Shown here: positions 37,765-46,009 of the stretch, piece after piece
Layout: each line of letters begins with the position of its first letter
How positions within the stretch are numbered: the first letter of the stretch is position 1
NCBI GenBank assembly: GCA_963631395.1
Contig: CAVGQN010000001.1
Coordinates: forward strand, 1,368 to 65,367
DNA length: 64,000 nucleotides
Direction of reading: 5' to 3'
From: a bacterium
GTDB taxonomy: Bacteria; Bacteroidota; Bacteroidia; Bacteroidales; UBA3663
The notes under the pieces: generated by a model
Databases searched by the model: none
What the model saw: the letters and a program-made list of their open reading frames with translations, nothing else
What the model was told of the DNA's origin: nothing
Position numbers and translations under genes: made by a program

Positions 37765-39498
37765 TCAGATGCCCAAGCTCTTGCAGATCTGCTCCAGTTT
37801 GACATCGGCAGCAGCGCTGGCCTTGTCATAGTCCTTGCCGTCGAATGGGGCAGGAACTTCGCAGTAGAACTTGATCTTCGGCTCGGTGCCCGAAGGACGT
37901 ACGCTCACCTTGATGCCGCTGGCTGTAAAGTACTGCAGCACATTGCTGGTGGCAGGCATAACGAGGTCGGTCACGTTGCCCTTGTCGTCGGTCTGCTTGA
38001 GTGTTTTGAAGTCCTTGCGGATGACGACCTTCTCGCCGGCCAGTTCTGTAGGCGGGTTCTTGCGGAAGTTCTCCATCATAGCCTTGATTTCGTCGGCACC
38101 GCTCTTGCCCGGCTTGACTACGCTGACGGCCTTCTCCTTCTGGAAACCGTACTCGCGGTAGATGGACAGAAGCAGGTCGTAGAGCGTCATGCCGTTGTCC
38201 TTGGCCCATGCTGCAATCTCGCACAGCAAGCAGATAGAGGCCGGTGAATCCTTATCGCGTACCTTGTCGAAGGGCAGGAAGCCGAAACTCTCTTCGCCAC
38301 CGCCGATGTACTTCTTCTTGCCTTCGTTGACGCGGATGCGGTAGGCAATCCACTTGAAGCCCGTGTACTCGTCGGTGATTTCGATGTTGTTCTTGTGTGC
38401 GATCTTGGCAATCAGTTCCGAGGTCACGATGGTCTTGACGATAAACTCGTTGCCGGTCAGTTGGCCGAGCTTCTTCTTGTTGGTGATGATGTACCAATAG
38501 AGCATCATGGCTGTCTGGTTGCCGTTGAGAATCATCCATTCGCCCTTGTCGTTGCGGCAGACTACAGCCAGACGGTCAGCATCGGGGTCAGAAGCCAGTA
38601 CGAGGTCGGCGTTGAGACGGGTGCCCAACTTCATGCCGAGGGTCATGGCCTCGCTGTTCTCGGGATTGGGGGAAACGACGGTCGGGAAGTTGCCGTCGAC
38701 GGTCATCTGCTCACGTACCACGTTGATGTCCTGGAAGCCCCAGCTGCGCAGGGCGGCAGGGATGATGACGCGGCCAGTGCCGTGCAGCGGAGAGTAGACA
38801 ATCTTGAGGTCTTTCTGGCGCAGGATGACATCCTGGTCCACCATAGCTTCCTTGACGGCGCGGAGGTAGTCGACGTCCATCTCGCCGCCGATGATCTGGA
38901 TGAGGTCGTAGTTGGGCGTGAACTTGACTTGGTCAACCGTGACTTTGTTCACCTCTTCGATGATGCCCGTATCGTGTGGGCTCAGTACCTGGGCACCGTC
39001 CTCCCAGTAGGCTTTGTAGCCGTTGTACTCCTTGGGGTTGTGCGAAGCCGTGACATTGACGCCAGCCTGGGCCTTGAGTTGACGGATGGCGAACGAAATC
39101 TCAGGCGTGGGGCGGAGGCTCTCAAAGAGATAGACCTTGATGCCGTTAGCGCTGAAGATAGCGGCTACCGTCTCGGCAAACATACGGCCGTTGTTGCGGC
39201 AGTCGTGGCCGACCACTACTGCAGGCTGGATGTTGGGGAATGCCTTGTTGATATAGTTGGCAAAACCCTGTGTGGCCATACCTACGATGTATTTGTTCAT
39301 GCGGTTTGTGCCTGCACCCATGATGCCGCGCAGACCGCCTGTGCCGAATTCGAGATTCTGATAGAAGGCATCGACCAGGGCTGTCTTGTCTTCGGCCTCA
39401 AGCATGGCCTTGACCTCTGCTTTGGTCTCTTCGTCGAAACCGTCACCTAACCAAGCCTGGGCTTTGGCAGTGCACTCTTTGATAAGTTGTTCGTCCAT
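37765..39498 (-). CDS. Phosphoglucomutase/phosphomannomutase (alpha-D-phosphohexomutase family)
   Basis: 577 aa. The active-site serine loop is TASHNPKEYNGYK. The metal loop is SDPDADRL and the sugar loop is GGEESFG. Confidence 0.9.
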   Translation of the reverse strand: MDEQLIKECTAKAQAWLGDGFDEETKAEVKAMLEAEDKTALVDAFYQNLEFGTGGLRGIMGAGTNRMNKYIVGMATQGFANYINKAFPNIQPAVVVGHDCRNNGRMFAETVAAIFSANGIKVYLFESLRPTPEISFAIRQLKAQAGVNVTASHNPKEYNGYKAYWEDGAQVLSPHDTGIIEEVNKVTVDQVKFTPNYDLIQIIGGEMDVDYLRAVKEAMVDQDVILRQKDLKIVYSPLHGTGRVIIPAALRSWGFQDINVVREQMTVDGNFPTVVSPNPENSEAMTLGMKLGTRLNADLVLASDPDADRLAVVCRNDKGEWMILNGNQTAMMLYWYIITNKKKLGQLTGNEFIVKTIVTSELIAKIAHKNNIEITDEYTGFKWIAYRIRVNEGKKKYIGGGEESFGFLPFDKVRDKDSPASICLLCEIAAWAKDNGMTLYDLLLSIYREYGFQKEKAVSVVKPGKSGADEIKAMMENFRKNPPTELAGEKVVIRKDFKTLKQTDDKGNVTDLVMPATSNVLQYFTASGIKVSVRPSGTEPKIKFYCEVPAPFDGKDYDKASAAADVKLEQICKSLGI

Positions 39499-39547
39499 TA
39501 TTCGTGTTTTTTAAGAGTTTGATAGAGATTACTGACTTTTTCTCGCG

Positions 39548-39555
39548 CAAAGATA
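39548..39555 (-). promoter_or_regulatory. -7 box TATCTTTG (minus strand) for the phosphohexomutase gene
   Basis: Plus-strand caaagata lies 50 nt upstream of the start at 39498. It separates this gene transcriptionally from the operon upstream. Confidence 0.45.
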
Positions 39556-39677
39556 ACGAACTTTTTGCAAATGCCGTAACAATCTGTCCGAAAAAAGCGA
39601 AAAGATGCTGCGAAACATATTGCCGCTCCCTATTGCGGCCCTTTGAACCTCTGGTCCCGATGGCTTGACCGAGTCTG

Positions 39678-40715
39678 TCAGAAGCGGGGATAGCAGAACT
39701 TGTCGTTGTCGGAGGTGAAATGCAGGCCAGGCAGGGTGAAGCCTTTCTCCAGCGGGCAACAGTAGGTGTTGAGCTTGTGGTAGTCCGTGCCGTCGAGCGC
39801 ATAGTAGCGGATGGTATCGCTGGTGATGACGGAGGCCGTCCAGTCGATGAGATTGCCGATAATCATCAGGCTCTCTTCTTTCGGCTTGTAGCTGTCGATG
39901 CCCGTCCGGACGAGTCGGTAGTCGGGAGTCAGCACATACACGTAGTGGTCGGTGTCGACGGCGAGACCGCGCAGTTGTCGTGCTGCCGGTTCGAGGATGA
40001 AGACATGGGCCAGCGTGATGCTGTCGGGGACCTCAAACTCACGAACGAACGGACGTCCGGCGCAGCGCTTCAACTGGAACAGACGGTGATTGGCATCCAG
40101 CAGGAGATAACCCTCATCGTAGGGCTTCTTGACTATCGGATTGCCCGATGCATCCAGGACGGGGAACTGGAATCCCTTTTCCTTGAGGGCCTGGGTGAAA
40201 CGTTGGCTCTTCTCCGGTTTAATCTGATTGGTCTCCATCTTGATAAACTCAATGCCGTCGTCGGTGAAACGGAACACATCGTCGGGCATCTCGAGGTCCA
40301 CACGTTTGGGCAGGCTCTCGAGCAACTGGTAGAGCTGCACGTTGTTGGCATTGATGTCACGTGGACTGATGCGCATGTTGAAGTTCGTCTGACGAATCTG
40401 ATGGGGTGTGACGGCATGGCCCAGTACGGTGTCGGGCATACGTCCGTGTGACACCAGCACACTCGTGAAGAAAAGGGGCAGGAGAGAGTCGCCTTCGGCC
40501 TCTGTATACGTCTTGCCAGTAAGGGCACCCGTGACGCGCACGCCCTCGCCCTCGGGATGCTCTTTGACGATGAAGTCATTGGCCAAAGAACTGTAGAGGG
40601 TGAATTTGGTATGTGTGGACGAGGCGGTAACCAGATTGACCAGCCAAGGCAGTTGCCATAGCAGTAGGAAGGCCACGATAAGCGACAGAATGGTTTTAGC
40701 CAAAGTATTGAGCAT
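39678..40715 (-). CDS. N-terminally membrane-anchored protein, DUF4857-like (by recollection); last gene of the eight-gene operon
   Basis: 345 aa. A single N-terminal TM helix (MLNTLAKTILSLIVAFLLLWQLPWLVNLV) is followed by a soluble domain. The gene lies 27 nt after the permease gene. Confidence 0.55.
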   Translation of the reverse strand: MLNTLAKTILSLIVAFLLLWQLPWLVNLVTASSTHTKFTLYSSLANDFIVKEHPEGEGVRVTGALTGKTYTEAEGDSLLPLFFTSVLVSHGRMPDTVLGHAVTPHQIRQTNFNMRISPRDINANNVQLYQLLESLPKRVDLEMPDDVFRFTDDGIEFIKMETNQIKPEKSQRFTQALKEKGFQFPVLDASGNPIVKKPYDEGYLLLDANHRLFQLKRCAGRPFVREFEVPDSITLAHVFILEPAARQLRGLAVDTDHYVYVLTPDYRLVRTGIDSYKPKEESLMIIGNLIDWTASVITSDTIRYYALDGTDYHKLNTYCCPLEKGFTLPGLHFTSDNDKFCYPRF

Positions 40716-40742
40716 ATTGTTTCTCTATAAGCGTGTTAAACA

Positions 40743-41399
40743 TTACTCCTTGCCTTCCTTAAACCGCGCGATGCTAATCCAGCTGAGGGGCAGCAGGGCG
40801 AGGGTGAAGAGAGACAACCACGGCAGGAACCCGTTGTATGAGGTCGGGATGCTGCACACAAAATAAATCCTTACCACCAGCAGGGCGACAATCAGATTGA
40901 ACACTCGTCCGCGCCAGGTCGGTTCGAGGATAATCCATGCTCCCAGCAGGTAGGCTGCGAGTCCGGCCAGATACCAGGGGAGAGCAGTCAGCAGGATGCG
41001 GCTCCAGAGTTCGACGACCAGAATCTGCTCGAGGTAAACCCACAACAGCAGCAGGTTCAGTAGGCTGCAGACCACCATGGCGATGAGTCCGAAGGCCAGC
41101 ATCTGCGTGACGACACGGAGATGCGGGGCGGGCAGATGGAGGGTGAGCTTGAGGCACTTGTGGTACATCTCAGGCACAAACTGCACGATGGCCAGCAGTG
41201 TGCCGGCTATCAAGGGCACGAACTGTAGCGTGTTGATGAAAGTCGCATCGCGCGTTATGATGACGAACCAGACATGGTCGATGCCCTTTCGAGCTATGAG
41301 ACCATGTAGAAACAGCAGGCAGTACCCGACGACGCCCAATGTCGCAATGAGCATCAGCAGCAGATACCAGCGTGTCTTGATCCATTCTTTGTAATACAT
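40743..41399 (-). CDS. Polytopic membrane protein, probable ABC-2-type permease partner
   Basis: 218 aa with about six hydrophobic segments. The gene lies 29 nt after the ABC ATPase gene. Confidence 0.55.
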   Translation of the reverse strand: MYYKEWIKTRWYLLLMLIATLGVVGYCLLFLHGLIARKGIDHVWFVIITRDATFINTLQFVPLIAGTLLAIVQFVPEMYHKCLKLTLHLPAPHLRVVTQMLAFGLIAMVVCSLLNLLLLWVYLEQILVVELWSRILLTALPWYLAGLAAYLLGAWIILEPTWRGRVFNLIVALLVVRIYFVCSIPTSYNGFLPWLSLFTLALLPLSWISIARFKEGKE

Positions 41400-41428
41400 A
41401 TATGTAAAGAGAGAGTTATGGGTGCATA

Positions 41429-42322
41429 TTAATATTTGCCTGTAAGGCCGATGAAGGCATCTTCCAGATTCAGGGTCTCGACAGTCATATTGTCGTCAAA
41501 CGGAACGCCATCGGCCAAAAGACGCTGCTCGACCTCTTCTTGCGGCAGGAACGAGTAGACCTCAAAGGTGCTGACGGTGACCGAGGGGTGGAAGAGCTCG
41601 CTGTCGCTGAATCCAGGACTGTAGCCGACGGGCACCGTGCAGGTGTACCGGCGCAACTTGTTGAGCAAGTCCTGCATTGGCTCTTGGATGAGGATGTGCC
41701 CGTAGTCCATGATGATACAGTCGTCGATGAGACGCTCCATGTCCTGGATGATATGGCTGGTCAGGAAGACGGTCTTGCCTTCGGCTTTGACAAATTCCCG
41801 CAAGTAGTCGACAAACAGTCGGCGATAGCCGGGGTCCAGTCCGATGGAGAAGTCATCGAGCACCAGCAGGTCGGGGTTTTGGGCCAGGATAAGTCCCAGT
41901 GCGACCTGACTGCGCTGACCGCACGACATGCGCGATATCATCTGCTTGGGGGCAACCTTCAGCTTGGACATCAGTTCGTAGTATGCGTCCTTCCTCCACT
42001 GACCGGGATAGAACTGAGCGTAGAACTTCTCGATTTGCTCGATGTTCATAAACTGATACTGCACATGTCCCTCGATGAGCAGTCCAATCTGCCGGCGCAG
42101 TGCAGGGTCCATGGTCTGGATGTCTTGACCGAAGATCTTGCACACACCGGAGCGGGGTTTGAGATAGCCCGACAGGATGTTGATGGTTGTGGTCTTGCCG
42201 GTGCCGTTTTTCCCCAGTAAGCCCAGGATACGGCCTTTCGGTACCTCAAAGCTGAGGTCCTCATAGATTTTGTGCTTGCCGTAGTAGTGGGTGAGGTGTT
42301 GGCACGAAATGACGGAATCCAT
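41429..42322 (-). CDS. ABC transporter ATP-binding protein (ABC-2/NatA-like exporter type)
   Basis: 297 aa. Walker A is GKNGTGKTT, the signature is MSCGQRSQ and Walker B is LLVLDD. A C-terminal extension of about 80 aa is present. Confidence 0.85.
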   Translation of the reverse strand: MDSVISCQHLTHYYGKHKIYEDLSFEVPKGRILGLLGKNGTGKTTTINILSGYLKPRSGVCKIFGQDIQTMDPALRRQIGLLIEGHVQYQFMNIEQIEKFYAQFYPGQWRKDAYYELMSKLKVAPKQMISRMSCGQRSQVALGLILAQNPDLLVLDDFSIGLDPGYRRLFVDYLREFVKAEGKTVFLTSHIIQDMERLIDDCIIMDYGHILIQEPMQDLLNKLRRYTCTVPVGYSPGFSDSELFHPSVTVSTFEVYSFLPQEEVEQRLLADGVPFDDNMTVETLNLEDAFIGLTGKY

Positions 42323-42372
42323 TATACTTAGTCTGTTTTATGAAATAGTTGGTCTTAGTGTGTCTGTGTTTT

Positions 42373-42999
42373 TCAGTCCTCGACGGGGACAACCTCGTAG
42401 GCTGTGGCCTCGATGTGGTAGAAAGAGAGATACTCCTTGCCCTCGGCTTCCTTGCGCTGGGCTATCTCGGCACGGTAGGCTTCAATCTTTTCGTCGATGG
42501 TGTTGCCCTGTTCGCGGCGAGCCTTGCTCTCGGTGGCACAGCCTGTGGCTGTAGAGACCTCCTCGTTGTTTTCTGCAGAGGGTTCGCCGAACTGCGCTTC
42601 GGCTACGGCCTGAGCCTGCTGCTCGGCAACGGCTTCCTCATAGCGCTGTTTCCAGTTCTGGAGATAGGCCTCGTCCATACGTGTCTCGCGTACATAACCA
42701 GTCACGCGCACTACGTTCTTTACGCAGTCCTTGCTGAAGGCGCCCAAAGTGGCAGCCTCGCAACGGAGGATATTGTCGTCGTTGCTGCCCATCAGGAATA
42801 TCTTGGTAGCTCCGTGGCGGCAGGTATGGGTGCAGACGCCTTCGACGGTAACCAACTGGTCGGTGAGGCTGTCGGCTTTCTCGAGTACCTGGTCCACGCT
42901 GAGGGCTTCAGGCTCTTCAGCCTTACTGTTGTTTTTGTTGCCGCCACAAGAGGTGAGGGTCAAAGCAGCTACGAGCACTGCAAAAAGCATCTTTTTCAT
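42373..42999 (-). CDS. Cys/His-rich lipoprotein of unknown function
   Basis: 208 aa with lipobox LTLTSCGG. The N-domain is VTVEGVCTHTCRHGATKIFLMG...LRCEA...KDCV...VRVTGYV (a C-x3-C-x-H cluster plus further Cys residues). An E/A/Q-rich helical region follows, then a short C-terminal beta segment. Confidence 0.6.
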   Translation of the reverse strand: MKKMLFAVLVAALTLTSCGGNKNNSKAEEPEALSVDQVLEKADSLTDQLVTVEGVCTHTCRHGATKIFLMGSNDDNILRCEAATLGAFSKDCVKNVVRVTGYVRETRMDEAYLQNWKQRYEEAVAEQQAQAVAEAQFGEPSAENNEEVSTATGCATESKARREQGNTIDEKIEAYRAEIAQRKEAEGKEYLSFYHIEATAYEVVPVED

Positions 43000-43046
43000 A
43001 ATGTCTGTCTTTTATTGTTGTTTTGTTTTTATTTCTATATTCTTTG

Positions 43047-43184
43047 TTCTAAACTCTAAATTCTAATTTCTAAGTTCACTTCGTGTTCATTTCCTCGCCA
43101 TGGCAAAACTCAAGCAAGCTTGGTTCTGCTCATTTGGCTTACGAAAATGTTCTAAGTTCTAAATTCTAAGTACTAAGTTCTTAA
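43047..43184. repeat. Two blocks of TTCTAAR heptamer tandem repeats flanking a 75-bp unique core, inside the operon
   Basis: The left block (43047-43074) is ttctaaa ctctaaa ttctaat ttctaag. The right block (43150-43184) is ttctaag ttctaaa ttctaag tactaag ttcttaa. The core contains the palindromes gccatggc and aagctt. Confidence 0.75.
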
Positions 43185-43187
43185 TCC

Positions 43188-44699
43188 TCAGAACGTGCAT
43201 CCTATCCGCAGTTCGTACGACTGCCGGTGGGTGTTGTCCCAATCGAACGTCGTCTCCCATCCCTTTTGCCAGTTGGCGTCCAAGGTGACATACAGCCGCA
43301 GGCGGTTGGCGAGGATTTTCTGTCCGTATCCGAAGGAGAGTCCCGCTTGTCCCTGTCGGCAGGTCATATAGTCGGCACGTTTGTCCAGCAGGCTTTGCCA
43401 GGTGGTGAGGTTGGAGGTTTGCAGGGTGCTTCCGCCTGCGTAGATGCCGTCGTCAGCACGTTCTCCGCCTCCGTCGCTGTATCCGCCCCGGAGGGTCAGT
43501 CCCCAGTCGTGGACATCGTGCATCCAGCGCCGTGTCCCCTCTATCTGGATGGACTCTGCGTGCAGGTCCTGTTGGCGGTAGTTCGGGTAGTAGCTGGCTA
43601 TCAGCTTCCGGTTGTCGTATTGCGCGGTGGCCTTCAGTTGCCAACGGTTCAAGTCGAGACAGTAGGAGAGAGAGGCCGAGACCTTCTCACGCCGACTGGT
43701 CTGTAACGTGCCGTGGTAGCTATATTCCTTGATGCCGTTGCCTTGGTTGGTGTATTGGAAGAGGTTGCGGTCGTTCTCCATCCGGTAGCCTTGCAGCTGG
43801 AGGGAGAGTGTGTGCCGTCCGTAATCCAGTTGCGAGCGGGCGCTCCAGTTGAGACCCTCGTTTTCCATAAAGACGGGCGTGTAGAGTGACTGCTTGCCGT
43901 AGAGACCCGAAGCCCAGTCCAGATGTCCGTCGCTGTACCAGGTGAGTCCGCCGGCCGTCTTCATATTCAGTTGCACGCCGAAGCCGTAGCTGCTTTCCAC
44001 CCAAGGGCGTGACTGATTCTCCTCTATAAGTCCGTTGGATGTGCTGTATTCGGTGACACCGAAGGCAGCACCATAATCGATGAGGGAGGAGTACTGCCGG
44101 TCGGTAGTGCCGAAGGTCTTGAAGTTGAGTTCCTCGACGGTGCGGCGGTAGTAGAGGTCTGCACCTACACTCCACACATCGTTGGCACGCCATAGCAATC
44201 CCGCAGTGACATTGAGATTGAGCAGCTTGTTCTGATGGCGGAGGTCCTTCTGCTTCACGTAGTTGGCTGCGGTGAGGTTCATCCTCGCACCTAAAGCGAT
44301 CTGGCCGACACTGCCGCTCAATCCACCGGAGAGGAAATAGCGCTCGAGTTTCTTGATCCCCGCATTCTCGCTCCCTTCGACGATGTCGAAAGGCCGGTCG
44401 TCGGGGTTAATCCATGCTGAGCCGCACATGTTGTGGCCCGTAAAGTTGGCATAGGCCATTCGGCCGTCCATGACCCAGCGTGTGCCGATACGGCAGACCG
44501 ATGCGGCCTGTGCTCCCCAAGTGAAGTCGTCGTCCGAACTGCTATAGTCCACCCATGCGCCATTGTCTTTGCGGGCAAAGGTCTCGGCATAGCTGACCTG
44601 CTCTGCACTGTCGGGCAACAGGCAGAGAACAGCTGCATTGGAGCCGGTCAGGTAGGGGCTAATCGCGAAGAGCAGATTGATAGCGCTCGAAGAAATCAT
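43188..44699 (-). CDS. Outer-membrane beta-barrel protein of unknown function (DUF6850-like by recollection)
   Basis: The ORF is 43188..44762. I prefer the ATG at 44699 (MISSSAINLLFAIS...). Amphipathic beta-strand periodicity runs throughout, and the C-terminus is ...YELRIGCTF. The gene overlaps the upstream gene by 41 nt (104 nt if it starts at 44762). Confidence 0.6.
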   Translation of the reverse strand: MISSSAINLLFAISPYLTGSNAAVLCLLPDSAEQVSYAETFARKDNGAWVDYSSSDDDFTWGAQAASVCRIGTRWVMDGRMAYANFTGHNMCGSAWINPDDRPFDIVEGSENAGIKKLERYFLSGGLSGSVGQIALGARMNLTAANYVKQKDLRHQNKLLNLNVTAGLLWRANDVWSVGADLYYRRTVEELNFKTFGTTDRQYSSLIDYGAAFGVTEYSTSNGLIEENQSRPWVESSYGFGVQLNMKTAGGLTWYSDGHLDWASGLYGKQSLYTPVFMENEGLNWSARSQLDYGRHTLSLQLQGYRMENDRNLFQYTNQGNGIKEYSYHGTLQTSRREKVSASLSYCLDLNRWQLKATAQYDNRKLIASYYPNYRQQDLHAESIQIEGTRRWMHDVHDWGLTLRGGYSDGGGERADDGIYAGGSTLQTSNLTTWQSLLDKRADYMTCRQGQAGLSFGYGQKILANRLRLYVTLDANWQKGWETTFDWDNTHRQSYELRIGCTF

Positions 44700-46005
44700 T
44701 GTTTGAGTTGTTTGTGTCTTGATAGATGATGACGGCTCCGTTGCGGACCGAAGCCTCGGCATTGATGCCGGCAGGGTCGCAGACCACTACGGTGGCCGGT
44801 TCGCCAGTCGTGGACGGCAGGCCGTAGACGATTTTCCCGGCGTTGCCCTCAATGGCCAGTGTGGACTTCATGTCAACGATGCGGTGGAGCGAATAGCCTA
44901 GCTGGTTGGTCAGATAGGCAGCCCCGGCATCGACGGCATCGGTGAGTCGCTTGCGGTTTTGCGACGAGGTCGTAGTGAAGACCTCGATGGCGTCTACAAT
45001 CCACTCTATCGGTATCTTCAGACAGGCGTAGATAGGCGAACTCTTTCCCTCGCTGTACCAGATGTTGCCGTTGTCGGCAGCAAAAGCCATCGGAGTGATG
45101 CTGTCGGGAATGTTGAAGATAAAGAACGCCGGTGCAGTCGTACTCAGAGGCCATGCTGTGCCCTGTCCGTAGAAAGCTGCCTTGAGATAGTGGCTTTGGG
45201 GGATGAGGGTCGACGGCACGGGGTAGTAGTTCGTGTTGGTGAACGTCAGCGGGTCGTAGGTGCAGTAGTATTCGCCCTTCGAGAGGTCGACGGAATTGCT
45301 GTACGTCTTGGTGTGGTCGATGGCCCCATCCATGGCAATGGTCAGCTCCTCGTTGCCCTGGAGCGTGATGGAGTCCTGGAAGTACCAGATGGCCTGGATG
45401 GCAGGAATAAAGCCGGCGTTGGCATAGGTCAGAACTCCGTTTTTGTAGTTGCTGTTGTTGCCTTGGGCATTGTAGGGAGCGGCCATGGCCAGACAGAGTT
45501 GCCGCATTGTGACTGGCGTCTGCCCGTTATTGTAGATCGTGCAGTATTGGTCAAAGCGGTAGCTGCCAGAACCATCGTCTTTGGCACATCCGCCGTTGTA
45601 GAGTTCCTTGATGACGAGACTGCCCTTGCGTGAGGACGAGAGGGTAAACGACAAGGGGTCGATGCCGTTTTTGCACGAGTCGGCCGAGATGCAAATCTCA
45701 TTCGAACTCAAGTTCAGCAGATACGACACTCCGTATTCGTCCGTGTATGATGCCGAAGCTGATATACTGTACAGACCGGCCGGAAGTCTGAAGTCAGCGA
45801 TGCCGTCCGTGTCGGTGCTCGCACTCCACACATTGCCGGAGGAAGAGGTGATAAAGACATCCACGTCGGAGATGTTGCCGCCCGTGATCGGATTGGACAA
45901 GGTCACGGACACCTGGAAGGTCTCGTAGTCAAGACTTTCGTCGATGCATGCCGGCAGGGAGAGTAGCGTCAGCAATGCGCATAGGAGAAAACCGTTCTTG
46001 TTCAA
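44659..46005 (-). CDS. Surface lipoprotein, DUF4876-like (Ig-like N-domain plus lamin-tail-like domain) by recollection
   Basis: 448 aa. The only start codon that keeps the lipoprotein signal (MNKNGFLLCALLTLLSLPAC) is the TTG at 46005, 4 nt after the TBDR stop. The N-terminus is a CarboxypepD_reg-like beta-sandwich (DVDVFITSSSGNVWSASTDTDGIADFRLPAGLYSISA), followed by LVIKELYNGGC.... Confidence 0.6.
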   Translation of the reverse strand: MNKNGFLLCALLTLLSLPACIDESLDYETFQVSVTLSNPITGGNISDVDVFITSSSGNVWSASTDTDGIADFRLPAGLYSISASASYTDEYGVSYLLNLSSNEICISADSCKNGIDPLSFTLSSSRKGSLVIKELYNGGCAKDDGSGSYRFDQYCTIYNNGQTPVTMRQLCLAMAAPYNAQGNNSNYKNGVLTYANAGFIPAIQAIWYFQDSITLQGNEELTIAMDGAIDHTKTYSNSVDLSKGEYYCTYDPLTFTNTNYYPVPSTLIPQSHYLKAAFYGQGTAWPLSTTAPAFFIFNIPDSITPMAFAADNGNIWYSEGKSSPIYACLKIPIEWIVDAIEVFTTTSSQNRKRLTDAVDAGAAYLTNQLGYSLHRIVDMKSTLAIEGNAGKIVYGLPSTTGEPATVVVCDPAGINAEASVRNGAVIIYQDTNNSNNDFFERYQSALRD

Positions 46006-46009
46006 TGTC

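Noticed and set aside
39678-42322. Identification of the ABC ATPase / permease / anchored protein as NosF/NosY/NosD or as GldA/GldF/GldG.
   Set aside because: Only the architecture is analogous. The third subunit is a 345-aa single-pass protein without NosD-type beta-helix repeats or a GldG-like double anchor. There is no nosZ or nosL, and no gliding genes are nearby. I keep this only as an analogy in the finding.
43075-43149. A small mobile element (MITE) bounded by the heptamer blocks.
   Set aside because: The flanks are direct tandem heptamers, not terminal inverted repeats. I could identify no target-site duplication or second copy within the window. I retain it only as a repeat or possible regulatory observation.
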